Shown piece by piece: positions 33,169 through 42,691 of a stretch of DNA of 64,000 nt. The translations under genes were made by a program, and so were the position numbers. The notes under the pieces are model-generated. The model was not told the DNA's origin and did not search any database. It was given only the letters and a program-made list of their open reading frames with translations. The DNA comes from an uncultured Pseudomonadota bacterium (lineage in GTDB: Bacteria; Oederibacteriota; Muellerivitia; Muellerivitales; Muellerivitaceae), in contig CAVYRH010000026.1 of NCBI GenBank assembly GCA_963770835.1, positions 576,001 to 640,000 on the forward strand, written 5' to 3'. Position 1 is the first letter of the stretch. Every line of letters begins with the position of its first letter.

Positions 33169-33272
33169 CCCAGGCGGATGCCCCGCCTTGCCCGGAATGC
33201 GGGACGATCATGGTGCGCAACGCGGCTTGCTATAAGTGCCTGAACTGCGGAAGCACCAGCGGATGTTCTTAA
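33169..33272 (+). repeat. nrdJ 3'-end repeat copy 2 (104 bp, 3 synonymous differences)
   Basis: Identical to copy 1 except TGTTCTTAA vs TGCTCCTGA. Confidence 0.95.
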
Positions 33273-33441
33273 GGGCAGTTTTGAGTTCTGAGTTCGAAGT
33301 TTTAAGTTGAGGATGGTTCCTGAAGGAAAAGCCTTCAGGAACTCACAACAATTTAAGATTCAAAATTTAGAATTCATAATTCGCGGTTTTTGCGACGGTT
33401 GATGTTCCTCATGCAATGAGGGGCAGCCGTAAATTAGGCCG

Positions 33442-33476
33442 AAGCCCCGTTCTCTTTGGAGAACGGGGCTTTTTTT
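33442..33476 (+). terminator. rho-independent terminator
   Basis: AAGCCCCGTTCTC-TTTG-GAGAACGGGGCTT plus T-run. Confidence 0.85.
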
Positions 33477-33635
33477 GTTCATGCCCCCTCTCGGGATTCT
33501 AAAGGGCTGAGCCCCCTTAGGTCTTTTGAAATGGGTACTCAGGGGGATTTTCCCCTAATGAGCGAACCGGGGATAGATGTTTTCGGTCAGTGGCCAATGG
33601 ACTATAATGGCTCAAATAAATAAAGGTTTGGCCCA

Positions 33636-33950
33636 ATGAGCCTGCACATTCCAATTGACCGTTCTAAAATTGAGGTCTTCTGCCAGAAATGGAAGATCAC
33701 TGAACTTTCATTTTTCGGGTCAGCCCTTCGGAACGACTTCCGCCCTGATAGTGACGTGGATGTTTTGGTGTCGTTCGCCTCCGACGAGAATTGGGACCTT
33801 TTCGACCACATGAGCATGGAAGAGGAACTGGCCGGGATTATTGGCCGGAGGGTTGACCTATTAACCCGCCGGTCGGTGGAACGAAGTGAAAACTGGATTC
33901 GCAGAAAATCCATCTTATCCGGCACCGAACCCTACTATGTCGCGGGATAA
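33636..33950 (+). CDS. minimal nucleotidyltransferase (MNT) antitoxin
   Basis: FFGSALR.DF.PDSDVD, GRRVDL. Confidence 0.9.
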   Translation: MSLHIPIDRSKIEVFCQKWKITELSFFGSALRNDFRPDSDVDVLVSFASDENWDLFDHMSMEEELAGIIGRRVDLLTRRSVERSENWIRRKSILSGTEPYYVAG

Positions 33951-34272
33951 AGCCTTAGCCGCTGATATTCTTTTGGCGGCCCGCCAAGCCTTGCTATTCA
34001 TTCAAGGCATGACCCAAGAACAATTTTCTAAAGATTCCAAGACCCAAGCGGCTGTTCTCATGCAGTTGGTCATTATTGGGGAGGCCGTGAAAGGCCTTTC
34101 CGACGAGTTTCGGGCCACCTTGTCCAATATTCCTTGGAAAAAAGTCGCCGGAATGCGGGACAGGCTTATCCACGATTACCGTAATTGGGATTTTGAGGAA
34201 ATTTGGAGAACCATTCAAAACCGACTGCCGGAATTGGTTGAAACACTCGAAAAAAACGAGAAAGACGGTTAA
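33937..34272 (+). CDS. HEPN/DUF86 RNase toxin
   Basis: IIGEAVK, IPWKK, MRDRLIHDY (RxxxxH); ATG overlaps the MNT gene end. Confidence 0.9.
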   Translation: MSRDKALAADILLAARQALLFIQGMTQEQFSKDSKTQAAVLMQLVIIGEAVKGLSDEFRATLSNIPWKKVAGMRDRLIHDYRNWDFEEIWRTIQNRLPELVETLEKNEKDG

Positions 34273-34346
34273 CGGAATAAAGGGCCTAACCCCCTTGGTT
34301 TTTCCCATGGGGTATAATCAAAACACTTTCGAGAGAGGCACTCCCC

Positions 34347-34670
34347 ATGGGCATCAGTGAGGATGTGGTTCAAAAAATAGTCCGGCGGATCCTGAAGGTT
34401 TATAAAGCCGATAAGATCATCCTGTTCGGCTCCGCCGCGAACGGGCGCATGACCCGGGACAGCGATATCGACCTGTTGGTCGTCAAGAAAAAGGTCAAGG
34501 ACCGGCTTGTCGAAAGCGTCAAAATCGACGGCGCCTTGGTTGGTTTGGGTTATCCCCTCGACATCATCGTCATGCCGCTGGAGAGGTTCGAGGAAACTAA
34601 GAACCATATCGGCGGTCTTGCTTATCCTGCGAACAAGTATGGAAAAGTCATTTATGCGAAAGTCGCTTGA
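34347..34670 (+). CDS. orphan MNT nucleotidyltransferase
   Basis: IILFGSAANG....DSDIDLLV; no intact HEPN partner downstream. Confidence 0.85.
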   Translation: MGISEDVVQKIVRRILKVYKADKIILFGSAANGRMTRDSDIDLLVVKKKVKDRLVESVKIDGALVGLGYPLDIIVMPLERFEETKNHIGGLAYPANKYGKVIYAKVA

Positions 34671-34715
34671 TGGGCGGCATGAAAAGGGTGTTTCAGAACG
34701 GTGCGGGGAGAGGTT

Positions 34716-34975
34716 ATGCCGCGAATCTGTGAATTTTTGGGATCATCATCACCATGTATTACAACGATCATTCCCCGGCCCATTTTCATGCGGCTTACGG
34801 CGGGTTCGAGGCGGTTTATAGGATCGATACCCTGGAAATCATAAAGGGCGGGTTGCCCCGCAGGCCAAACGCCCTGGTTTTGGAATGGGCGGCCCAACAC
34901 CGGGCGGAATTGATGGGCGATTGGGAAAAGGCTCGGGAAGGGGCCGCTTTGGCCCCCATCGAGCCGTTGGAGTAG
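34716..34975 (+). CDS. DUF4160-family protein, frameshifted in a T-run near 34735
   Basis: MPRICEF(F)GIIITMYYNDHSPAHFHA restored by adding one T. Confidence 0.8.
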
Positions 34976-34984
34976 GAGGGAAAG

Positions 34985-35266
34985 ATGGAAAATCTACCAC
35001 GGGTAAAAACAGTGAAGATACTTGAGAAATACAAAGTTCTCTTGGAATTTACGGATGGCGCTCGGCGGGAAGTGGATTTAAAGCCTTACCTGAGAGGCCC
35101 CATTTTCGAACCCCTGCAAAAAAACGAGGAAATGTTTCGAACGGTCCGGGTGGACCCCCAATTGGGAACGCTGGTTTGGGACAACGGGGCCGATATGGAC
35201 CCGGATGTGCTTTATGGAACGCACCAACCCGCGTGGATGGAAAAACCGACCGCCACTAAGAAGTGA
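34985..35266 (+). CDS. DUF2442-family protein
   Basis: LEFTDG...VDL...GPIFEPL...W.NGADMDPDVLY. Confidence 0.88.
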   Translation: MENLPRVKTVKILEKYKVLLEFTDGARREVDLKPYLRGPIFEPLQKNEEMFRTVRVDPQLGTLVWDNGADMDPDVLYGTHQPAWMEKPTATKK

Positions 35267-35281
35267 GGCGGGAAAGACATC

Positions 35282-35359
35282 GAACGCGGGACGATCATGG
35301 TTCGCAACGCGGCTTGCTATAAGTGGCTCAACTGCAGCTCCACGAGTGGATGCTCCTGA
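35282..35359 (+). repeat. nrdJ 3'-end repeat copy 3 (78 bp, diverged)
   Basis: About 10 mismatches to copy 1; still reads GTIMVRNAACYKWLNCSSTSGCS*. Confidence 0.9.
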
Positions 35360-35421
35360 TTTTCTGGGAGCGCCGTTCGACCTGATCTAATTGTTCCCCT
35401 CAACGGGGGCAATGATGACCG

Positions 35422-35455
35422 AAACCCCGCTCTCGTAACTGAGGGCGGTTTTTTT
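35422..35455 (+). terminator. rho-independent terminator
   Basis: CCGCTCTC-GTAACT-GAGGGCGG plus T-run; resembles the 33442 terminator. Confidence 0.75.
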
Positions 35456-35476
35456 GTTTAAGATGAGGTTATAAAC

Positions 35477-36361
35477 ATGAGTAATTTAGAAAATATTAAG
35501 TGGCCTAATAATCCCTTTCGCGCTTTCCACGATGCAAATGAAATTCAAAAATACTTTGATGAAATGCTTCAAAACTATCTGCCTTTTTGTCAAAATTCCC
35601 ATAAATTTTTAAAAGAAATCGAAGTGGACCCAATGGCCTGCTTATGGGAGGTGTATTTAGCCAAAGTCATGCTAGAAAAAGGATTTCGATTGGAAAAAGC
35701 CCCGCCAAAAGGGCCCGATATAAAAGTCCTCTTGGATAATAAAAAACTACTTTGGATTGAAGCAGTTGCAGTTGATGGCGATGATCGCGTACGAACAGAT
35801 TTTTCTCCCAATGGTGGAGTGGACGAAGAAGGCTATTTATTGAGGTTAACAAGTGGGATCCGTGATAAAAAAAAGAAAATCATAGGCTACATAAAAGATG
35901 GTGTGGTTGGTCCAGATGATTTTTGTGTAATTGCAATCAACACTGGGAAGTTTAGATTTTTTGGGGGAAGTGGACCTTATTATCCAGCAATAGCGAAAGT
36001 AGCATATATGATCGGTCGATTCTCCGTTAAATGGCCGATTGAAGATGGTAAGGCAGTTGGAGAACCCGAGGGTTTTCATCCGCGACGGCTAAGTATATTA
36101 AAAAAGGGAAAAGTTCCAATTTCATCTAATTTATTTTCGCAAGATGAATATAAACCCATTAGTGCCTTCATTTACTCGGGTCAAAATTTTGGACTCTCAA
36201 AAAACGGCGAAAATATAACAACTGCTTATAACCCATTAGCAACTAACAAGCTAAATGAGGAGTTATTCAAATTTGGTAAGCGTTGCTTTGTCAGTGAGAA
36301 CCACGTTTTGTATGAGAAATATGAAAATGGAAAATGGATTCATCATGAGAGCGGTTTTTAA
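35477..36361 (+). CDS. AT-rich hypothetical protein, possible PD-(D/E)XK nuclease fold
   Basis: WE helix followed by GPD and WIEA motifs; low GC. Confidence 0.55.
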   Translation: MSNLENIKWPNNPFRAFHDANEIQKYFDEMLQNYLPFCQNSHKFLKEIEVDPMACLWEVYLAKVMLEKGFRLEKAPPKGPDIKVLLDNKKLLWIEAVAVDGDDRVRTDFSPNGGVDEEGYLLRLTSGIRDKKKKIIGYIKDGVVGPDDFCVIAINTGKFRFFGGSGPYYPAIAKVAYMIGRFSVKWPIEDGKAVGEPEGFHPRRLSILKKGKVPISSNLFSQDEYKPISAFIYSGQNFGLSKNGENITTAYNPLATNKLNEELFKFGKRCFVSENHVLYEKYENGKWIHHESGF

Positions 36362-36374
36362 TGAACAGACCTAG

Positions 36375-36444
36375 GGGTCAGGCCTTGAATTCGGCAACTA
36401 GGTGATTTGCGATGTTTTTTGGTGCCGTTTTCAAGACCTGACCC
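36375..36444. repeat. REP-like inverted repeat pair
   Basis: GGGTCAGGCCTTGAA ... TTCAAGACCTGACCC. Confidence 0.7.
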
Positions 36445-36549
36445 TGATTCGCACGGCTTGGCCAACGACAAGCGCGGCCAGGCCGTTTTTAAGTACAAGC
36501 ACCAGAATATGCTTTAATATCTCTGATACATAACGAGGGAGATATTTAA

Positions 36550-38916
36550 TTGTTCAAAAGGTATTCCAAAAGTCACTTCCCGAAGGTGTTTTTTCCCATC
36601 TTCTTCCTATCCGGTCCTCTCTTCGCTTTATCCCTTTTTGACAACACACCAACCCCCATTACGAATGGAAAAACCCTGGTTTTGGCCGTGGCCCTTTTCC
36701 AATCAAAAGAGGGGACCGGGGAAGCCCGTGAAATACAGGAGAAAATCTCCGAAGAGTTCAACAAGGATACCAATATCCAAGTCATCAAGCTTTCGAGGCC
36801 GGTTTCCATGGGCCCCGATCTTCAACTGGAAACCCAGTTGGCCGATGCCGAACAAATACTTGACCAAACCAAGGCAGACCTCCTGATTTGGGGAAATCAA
36901 AACGACCGGCCTTTTGGGGGGAAGTGGAATATTTATTTTTCCGTCTCCAACCGGATCAAAAACGAGGTGAGGGAAGAGGGCTTTGCCATGCACGGGCCGG
37001 GTTACCTGAGCGGGGTCGCCCAGATCGACACGCCCCAGATCGTCCGTTGGATCGTGACGGGGTGGTCGGGTTTGGCCGATAAGGCCAGGGGAATGGACAT
37101 TTCAGGGGAACTTCGGGGGCTGACGGTCAAAATCTATTCCCTCCTCGGGACCGCCCAACAAAAGGATTGGGACCCCCGAACCCTGCGGGGGTTGCGGAAA
37201 AGCCTAAGCTACCCCCTTTGCGAATACGCCAACGAGACCCACGACATCCCAACGCTCCAGAAGGCCGTTATGTTGATGCGGCAGATCGGTGAAAGTTACC
37301 CCAGCTCGGAACATTTGGGCGAGTGGGCCGGTGACGAAGAGATGCTGGCGGTGATGCTGGAGGCGCTGGGGGAGGCGGAAGACAATCCAAAGGACCTGCT
37401 GGATTCGGTCAAGGCGATTAAAGCCTCGATGTCCTATTTCAAAAAAACCCCTTTCTTATTCCAGCTGGCTGGGATGGAGGTCAACCTGGGCAATTCCCTG
37501 GAAAGACTGGGGGAGAGGCAAAACGACGGCGAACTTATACAAGAGGCGATCCAGGCCTATGAAACGGGGTTGAAAATAATTTCGCCGGGCCATCACGGTT
37601 CCGAATGGATGAACCTCCAAAACGGGCTCGGTGTCGCCTTTGAGAACCTTGGCGAAAGAAGAAATGATGAGAAGGATTTCCGGGAATCCTTGAAGCATCA
37701 CTTGGCGGCCTTGAAGGAGGCGAAGTCTTCCCTCGCCCCCCTGGATGTCGCCATGATGCAGGTGAATACCGCTGCCGTCTATATGCGCCTGGCCCAGCAA
37801 AAAAACGACCTTCAACCGGCGAAGAAAGCCGTGGAGCTCAGCCAGGAGGCGGTAACGGCCTACCGCCAGGTCCATTATCCCTATGCCTTGGCCACGGCCT
37901 TGAGCAACTTGGGGTGCCAACAAATGACACTCGCCAGCATCAAAAATAACGACCCCCTAGTTTTGAACCAGGCCCTGGCCTCCATGAAGGAATCCATTGA
38001 AACCCTCCCCAAGGACCAAAACCCCCTGCTTTGGGCCAATACCCGGAACAACATGGGAATCATTTCCAGGCTTCTGGCGGCAAAGGATTTGGACCGTGGA
38101 AAATTGCTGGACGATCTCCAAGACTTGGACGATGTCCAAACCGTCAACCAAAAGGCAACCATGCCCCAGTTATGGGCCAGCGCGGAGGAACAAAGAGCAA
38201 CCATTTATGGCCTTTTGACGGAGGCTTATTGCGATCCAGCCGACGCCAAGATGGGTGAAAAGCATCTCCAGGATCTTTTCGAAGTCTTGGGGGCCGACCA
38301 TAGCACCGCCCTCTGGATTGAGGCCGAATATGACCTGGGGCTTCTCCATGTTTACGAGGGCTGGCAAACCCAGGACAAGGCCATTTTGGAGAATGGGATC
38401 GGGCGGCTGGAAGAGGCCATTACCCTGACGGATGCCCACAGCCTGGATAAATGCGGTTACCAAAGCGACCTTTGCGAAGCCTATGCGGACCGGCTAGCGC
38501 TGGATTCAGACCCGGTACTCTTGGCCAAGGCCCAGGCCTTAATGGAGGTTTTTCAGAAAGATTGCGAAAACCCTAACAGGATCCAGTCCCGGGGGGAACA
38601 TTGGATGAATACGGGAGCATTGGAAAACATTTTGGGGAAAATCAAAAAAGACCCAAAGGAAATTTTGGAAGCAAAGGATTGGGTGGAGAAGGGGCTGAAG
38701 ATGTATGAGAGCGGCGGTTTTCGTTTCCACGCCGCCAAAGCCCAAATGATCCTTGGCGACATCGACCGCAATTTGGTGGAAATGGGGCGCCAGCCCACAA
38801 CGGAGGCCATCCAACAATATTCCTCGGCCCAAACAATCTTGAAATCCTACAGCCCCTTTTGGGACCAATTGCTAGAAAAGAAAATTCAAGAAACAAAGGA
38901 TGTCGCTTCTAAATGA
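36550..38916 (+). CDS. secreted TPR-like repeat protein
   Basis: Signal peptide; ADLLIWG N-terminal domain; repeated NLG/NGLG helical units. Confidence 0.75.
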   Translation: MFKRYSKSHFPKVFFPIFFLSGPLFALSLFDNTPTPITNGKTLVLAVALFQSKEGTGEAREIQEKISEEFNKDTNIQVIKLSRPVSMGPDLQLETQLADAEQILDQTKADLLIWGNQNDRPFGGKWNIYFSVSNRIKNEVREEGFAMHGPGYLSGVAQIDTPQIVRWIVTGWSGLADKARGMDISGELRGLTVKIYSLLGTAQQKDWDPRTLRGLRKSLSYPLCEYANETHDIPTLQKAVMLMRQIGESYPSSEHLGEWAGDEEMLAVMLEALGEAEDNPKDLLDSVKAIKASMSYFKKTPFLFQLAGMEVNLGNSLERLGERQNDGELIQEAIQAYETGLKIISPGHHGSEWMNLQNGLGVAFENLGERRNDEKDFRESLKHHLAALKEAKSSLAPLDVAMMQVNTAAVYMRLAQQKNDLQPAKKAVELSQEAVTAYRQVHYPYALATALSNLGCQQMTLASIKNNDPLVLNQALASMKESIETLPKDQNPLLWANTRNNMGIISRLLAAKDLDRGKLLDDLQDLDDVQTVNQKATMPQLWASAEEQRATIYGLLTEAYCDPADAKMGEKHLQDLFEVLGADHSTALWIEAEYDLGLLHVYEGWQTQDKAILENGIGRLEEAITLTDAHSLDKCGYQSDLCEAYADRLALDSDPVLLAKAQALMEVFQKDCENPNRIQSRGEHWMNTGALENILGKIKKDPKEILEAKDWVEKGLKMYESGGFRFHAAKAQMILGDIDRNLVEMGRQPTTEAIQQYSSAQTILKSYSPFWDQLLEKKIQETKDVASK

Positions 38917-38951
38917 AAAGAACAAAGGGGTCACCATTCTCGATTTTGGTC

Positions 38952-39105
38952 GAAATAAAAAGAACCCGACTGGGGAACCAGCCGGGTTCTTTTGTTTTTA
39001 CCGCAAGCCGCCAACCTTCGCTAAAGCTTCTCCCCACGCTCTCCGAGCTCTGGGAGACAGGTCGGAGGGCAGGCCGTAATGGCCCTCCCCAGCCGCAAAA
39101 CCCAG
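38952..39105 (+). repeat. terminator-plus-tail repeat, copy with nested REP-like insertion
   Basis: GAAATAAAAAGAACCCG..CGGGTTCTTTTGTTTTTACCGC.AGCCG...CCGTAA. Confidence 0.85.
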
Positions 39106-39202
39106 GCCGTCAGGCCCTATCCGGCAAATTCCTTGATCGGCTTTCGATGGCCCACTAAGATTAAATCCGTTTCCCAATCCAAAGGCCCCCTGAATTAAAC
39201 CT

Positions 39203-40549
39203 ATGTCCGTTCAATGCGCCATCTGCAAAAGAGAGTCCGAAGCCGAAAAGGCGTTCGCCTGCCGGGGCGGCAAGGGAGGACAGGGCGATCCGTCCCGAAA
39301 AGTTTGTTTTTGCCAGGAATGCCTGATGAAGAAAAGGATCCGGCATGCCAAGTGGCAGATTTGGGCATACCCTTCATTGCTGGTATTGGGTTTCCTGGGG
39401 ACCTTGGTGAACGCCCAAAACCGGTTCCTCTGGTACGCGGAATTCCTGGGCCTCTACTATGTCTTTCATATTCTCCTGATTTTGCCCCATGAGTGGGGCC
39501 ATGCCTTCGCCTCCCGCCTCCAGGAGAGAAAGGTCTTCCGGATCACCGTGGGTTTCGGGCGGACCGTGGCTAAGTTCCGGATTTTCGGAATCCCCACCGA
39601 GTTCAAGCAATACCCCATGGGCGGGAGCACCCTCTCGGGCCCGGGAAACCGGAAACATTACAGGCTCCAACACGCCATTACCGTCATGGGCGGTCCCGCC
39701 ATGAACCTGTTGATTGGGGCCGCCGCGTTTTTATTGTTCCTCTTAGTGGCGGCTTCTGGGGGCGGTGTCGACCCTCCCTGGATCGGGGCACGTTGGAACC
39801 AACCCTTCTGGACTTCGACGCTCCTCAACCTGCTCGTCACCCTCGCCTTCACGAGCCTCGTTATGCTCCTCTCGAACCTATGGCCCCATATCCTTCGAAC
39901 CCCCCAAGGGCCCATTCCCAACGACGGGATGCAGCTGTGGAAGGCCCCCTTTTTGAAGCTCGACGAGGTTGAGAAGCAGCTCGCGGGCAGGTACGCCGGC
40001 GTGCTGAACGAGGAAATGGCGGACGCCGGGGACCTGGCGCGGGCGCGCGAATTTTTCAAGGCGGTCCTCATCGTTTCGCCGGAAGACCCCGTGATTTTAA
40101 GCAGTTACGGGCTCCTGCTCCTGAAGGAAAGGGACTACGCGGGGGCCCGGGCCCTCTTCCAAAATCTGTCGGCCCGGGAGAACCTGGAGCCGGCCTTGAA
40201 ATACCTCTTCCTGAACAATTTGGCCTGGGCCGATTATTTGACCGGGGACCCGGAATTGCTGAAAGAGGCGGACGAAGCCTCGGCCCAGGCCTACCAAAAC
40301 CTTTTTTGGATCACCCCGATCAAGGGGACCCGGGGGGCCGTGTTGCTGGCTTTGGGCCGGGTGGAGGAGGCCGTTCCTTTCCTGAAGGAAGCCTTGGAGC
40401 AAAACCAAACGGCCGGGAACCAGGCCCTAAACGCCTGCATGCTCGCCATGGCCGAGAAGAAGCGGGGGAACCCGGAGGAGGCCCGGAAATACCTGGAGCT
40501 GGCCCGGAAGCTCGACCCGGATTGCGCCCTGCTCGAAAGGGCCTCCTAA
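39203..40549 (+). CDS. M50/site-2 family membrane metalloprotease with C-terminal TPR
   Basis: HEWGH, GGPAMN, NLWP...NDG; TPR tail; N-terminal CxxC pairs. Confidence 0.85.
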   Translation: MSVQCAICKRESEAEKAFACRGGKGGQGDPSRKVCFCQECLMKKRIRHAKWQIWAYPSLLVLGFLGTLVNAQNRFLWYAEFLGLYYVFHILLILPHEWGHAFASRLQERKVFRITVGFGRTVAKFRIFGIPTEFKQYPMGGSTLSGPGNRKHYRLQHAITVMGGPAMNLLIGAAAFLLFLLVAASGGGVDPPWIGARWNQPFWTSTLLNLLVTLAFTSLVMLLSNLWPHILRTPQGPIPNDGMQLWKAPFLKLDEVEKQLAGRYAGVLNEEMADAGDLARAREFFKAVLIVSPEDPVILSSYGLLLLKERDYAGARALFQNLSARENLEPALKYLFLNNLAWADYLTGDPELLKEADEASAQAYQNLFWITPIKGTRGAVLLALGRVEEAVPFLKEALEQNQTAGNQALNACMLAMAEKKRGNPEEARKYLELARKLDPDCALLERAS

Positions 40550-41296
40550 ACGATCCGTCCTGCCGCAACGGGCCACCTCAAAATAGCCTCCACCCCTCGG
40601 ATCATTGGGTTCAGCGTAGGACAGGCTGTTCGCGCCTTTCAAGGGCCGAGGGCAAGGAACCCCCCCAAAAAATACGGCAAGAGCGGTATTACTTTTGAAA
40701 TGAGGTTGTCCAAGATGGGACCCTTTGTGGACAGCGTGCCAGCGAAGGTTTGCAGAGCCAGCAGGTGAGGGAGTAGGTCGAGGAGGGCCAGCCCAAGTCC
40801 TGACCAGGTAATCGCCAGAGAGCCTGGAAGTCAGCCCCCGGCGTAGGGCCGAGAGGTCCTGCCCGAAACGGGGTCATAAACCTCATTTGGTGAGGGAACA
40901 ATTCAGCAGTCCGCAACATCAAGTGAATCTTGCCGCGTCGTGAAAGGGACACCGAAAGGTGCAAGAGGATGCCGAGCCGCGTGTCTACCGGCGAAGGCTA
41001 TTATCCCGCTAAAGAATCTGGAGCAAGCGGGGCAAATCCTCCGGCGTATGGGGAACGGAATGTTGGAAAGGCTATGCAAGCAACCTGGGAGATCCTACCC
41101 GCCAAAAGACTTGCCGCTATAAGGCTAAAACCGAAAAGTGGTAAGGGCGAGAGGAAGTCGGAGGGGGTCACACTACCGCTGAAGGGTGGACAACAAAACC
41201 ACCTGGAGGGAAGGACCCCTGCTTCAACCAAGCAACCGGAAAAGGGAGGCGCTGGAGCATGCCCCAAAAGGCCAACAACTGATATGAATGAGCCAG

Positions 41297-41587
41297 TCAA
41301 GCCCGCTGGTTTTTCCTTTGGTTTTATCCTACTCTTTTCCACCTCAAGGCCCTGCGAAAAGCCCTGATCTCGAAAGCCCGGCTTGTTTCGACGATGAATC
41401 AAACTGATATTCGCGTGTTAGACCCATTGCTGGTTCCAGGGACGCAAGATTTTCATTCGTCGGGAGCTGCCTCGATCTCTGATCGTGGGTCGTCGCAGGC
41501 TTAGGCCTTTGCGCCACAGAGTTGTACCGAGGGTTCTCCAAATCGTTGCCAAGCTTCCGGAAACAGGGTTCTTCCTTCATGACCTTG
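41297..41587 (-). ncRNA. putative bridge/seek RNA
   Basis: Non-coding 3' end contains TTGGAG...ACAACTC (target-like) and ATATCAG (donor-like) segments; RNA limits unknown. Confidence 0.7.
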
Positions 41588-42691
41588 TTAAACCATTCCT
41601 GTTGTTTCCTGGGCGATGGCCCACACAAATCCAGCCAACTCCCGGGCTACGGCCACCACTACTTTTTGGATGGGCTTGTTACGTTGGGTCATTTTTAGAA
41701 ACTTTTTGTACAGACGATCCTGTGCTCTGCGGGCGATCTTTAAAATCTCCACCGGACAACCCTCCCGCCTTTTTTCTAAAACCACGCCGACCGACTTCCC
41801 ATGGCGGTAACTCCAAGCCGATTCCACAAGAATCCGTCTCAAATGGGCGTTCCCGGTCTTGGTGATTCCTCCCCGACGGATTTTTCCACCTGAACTGCTT
41901 TCACATATCCCCAAACCCGCGTAACCCATGAAATTACGAGCGCTCTCAAATCGCCTCAAATCTTGGCCTTCCACCGCCAAGGTCATGGCGCTCAAGGTAT
42001 CAACCCCTTTCAGGCACCTCAAATGCTTGACCAGTTTCCTGTAGGGTTCTTGGCTGGCCATCTCCTCCACTCGGCTCGTCAAACTCCTCAACCGCTCATC
42101 TGCCTCTTGCTTCCCGCGGACATATGCCTCGAAAGTCTCATGCAGTTCCAGAGGTTCGAACTTTTGGGTTTTCAGCCATGCCTCATGGGCTGATCTCCAA
42201 TTCTTAGCTTCTCGAAAGATACGACCTTGCCGAAGAAAGAAATTCGACAACCGGTGCCGGGCCTTTTGCCGGTCTTCTAGGGCATCCTCACGAACTCGAA
42301 CCAGATCCCGACAGGCTTCCTCTTGGATGGTCGGAACCCGCACTTCCGTCAGCTCTCCCGCCCTCCAAAGACGGGCCAACTTTTCCGCATCTCGGCGGTC
42401 TGTCTTCACCCGATCCCCGGCTTTCACTGGAATTTTCCCAGGGGCGATTACGACGCACTTCAACCCCTTTTGGGTTAATTGCCGGTGGATGTCATATCCA
42501 CAAGGGCCCGCCTCGTACACAAACGTTATTGACCCTCGTCCTTCGTACTTACCCAGCATTTTCCCCAATGCTTTTGGGGTGTTCTCGATTGTAAAAATAT
42601 CCTTCACATTTTCGGCCCTAGCCGGCAGGACCGCACCTACCACCGTATCCTTATGGACATCCAACCCGACCACCGTGATATTATTTTCCAT
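41588..42691 (-). CDS. IS110-family DEDD recombinase/transposase
   Basis: GLDVHK, YEAGPCG, KTDRRDA, ESSSGG, TKTGN..LR. Confidence 0.95.
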   Translation of the reverse strand: MENNITVVGLDVHKDTVVGAVLPARAENVKDIFTIENTPKALGKMLGKYEGRGSITFVYEAGPCGYDIHRQLTQKGLKCVVIAPGKIPVKAGDRVKTDRRDAEKLARLWRAGELTEVRVPTIQEEACRDLVRVREDALEDRQKARHRLSNFFLRQGRIFREAKNWRSAHEAWLKTQKFEPLELHETFEAYVRGKQEADERLRSLTSRVEEMASQEPYRKLVKHLRCLKGVDTLSAMTLAVEGQDLRRFESARNFMGYAGLGICESSSGGKIRRGGITKTGNAHLRRILVESAWSYRHGKSVGVVLEKRREGCPVEILKIARRAQDRLYKKFLKMTQRNKPIQKVVVAVARELAGFVWAIAQETTGMV

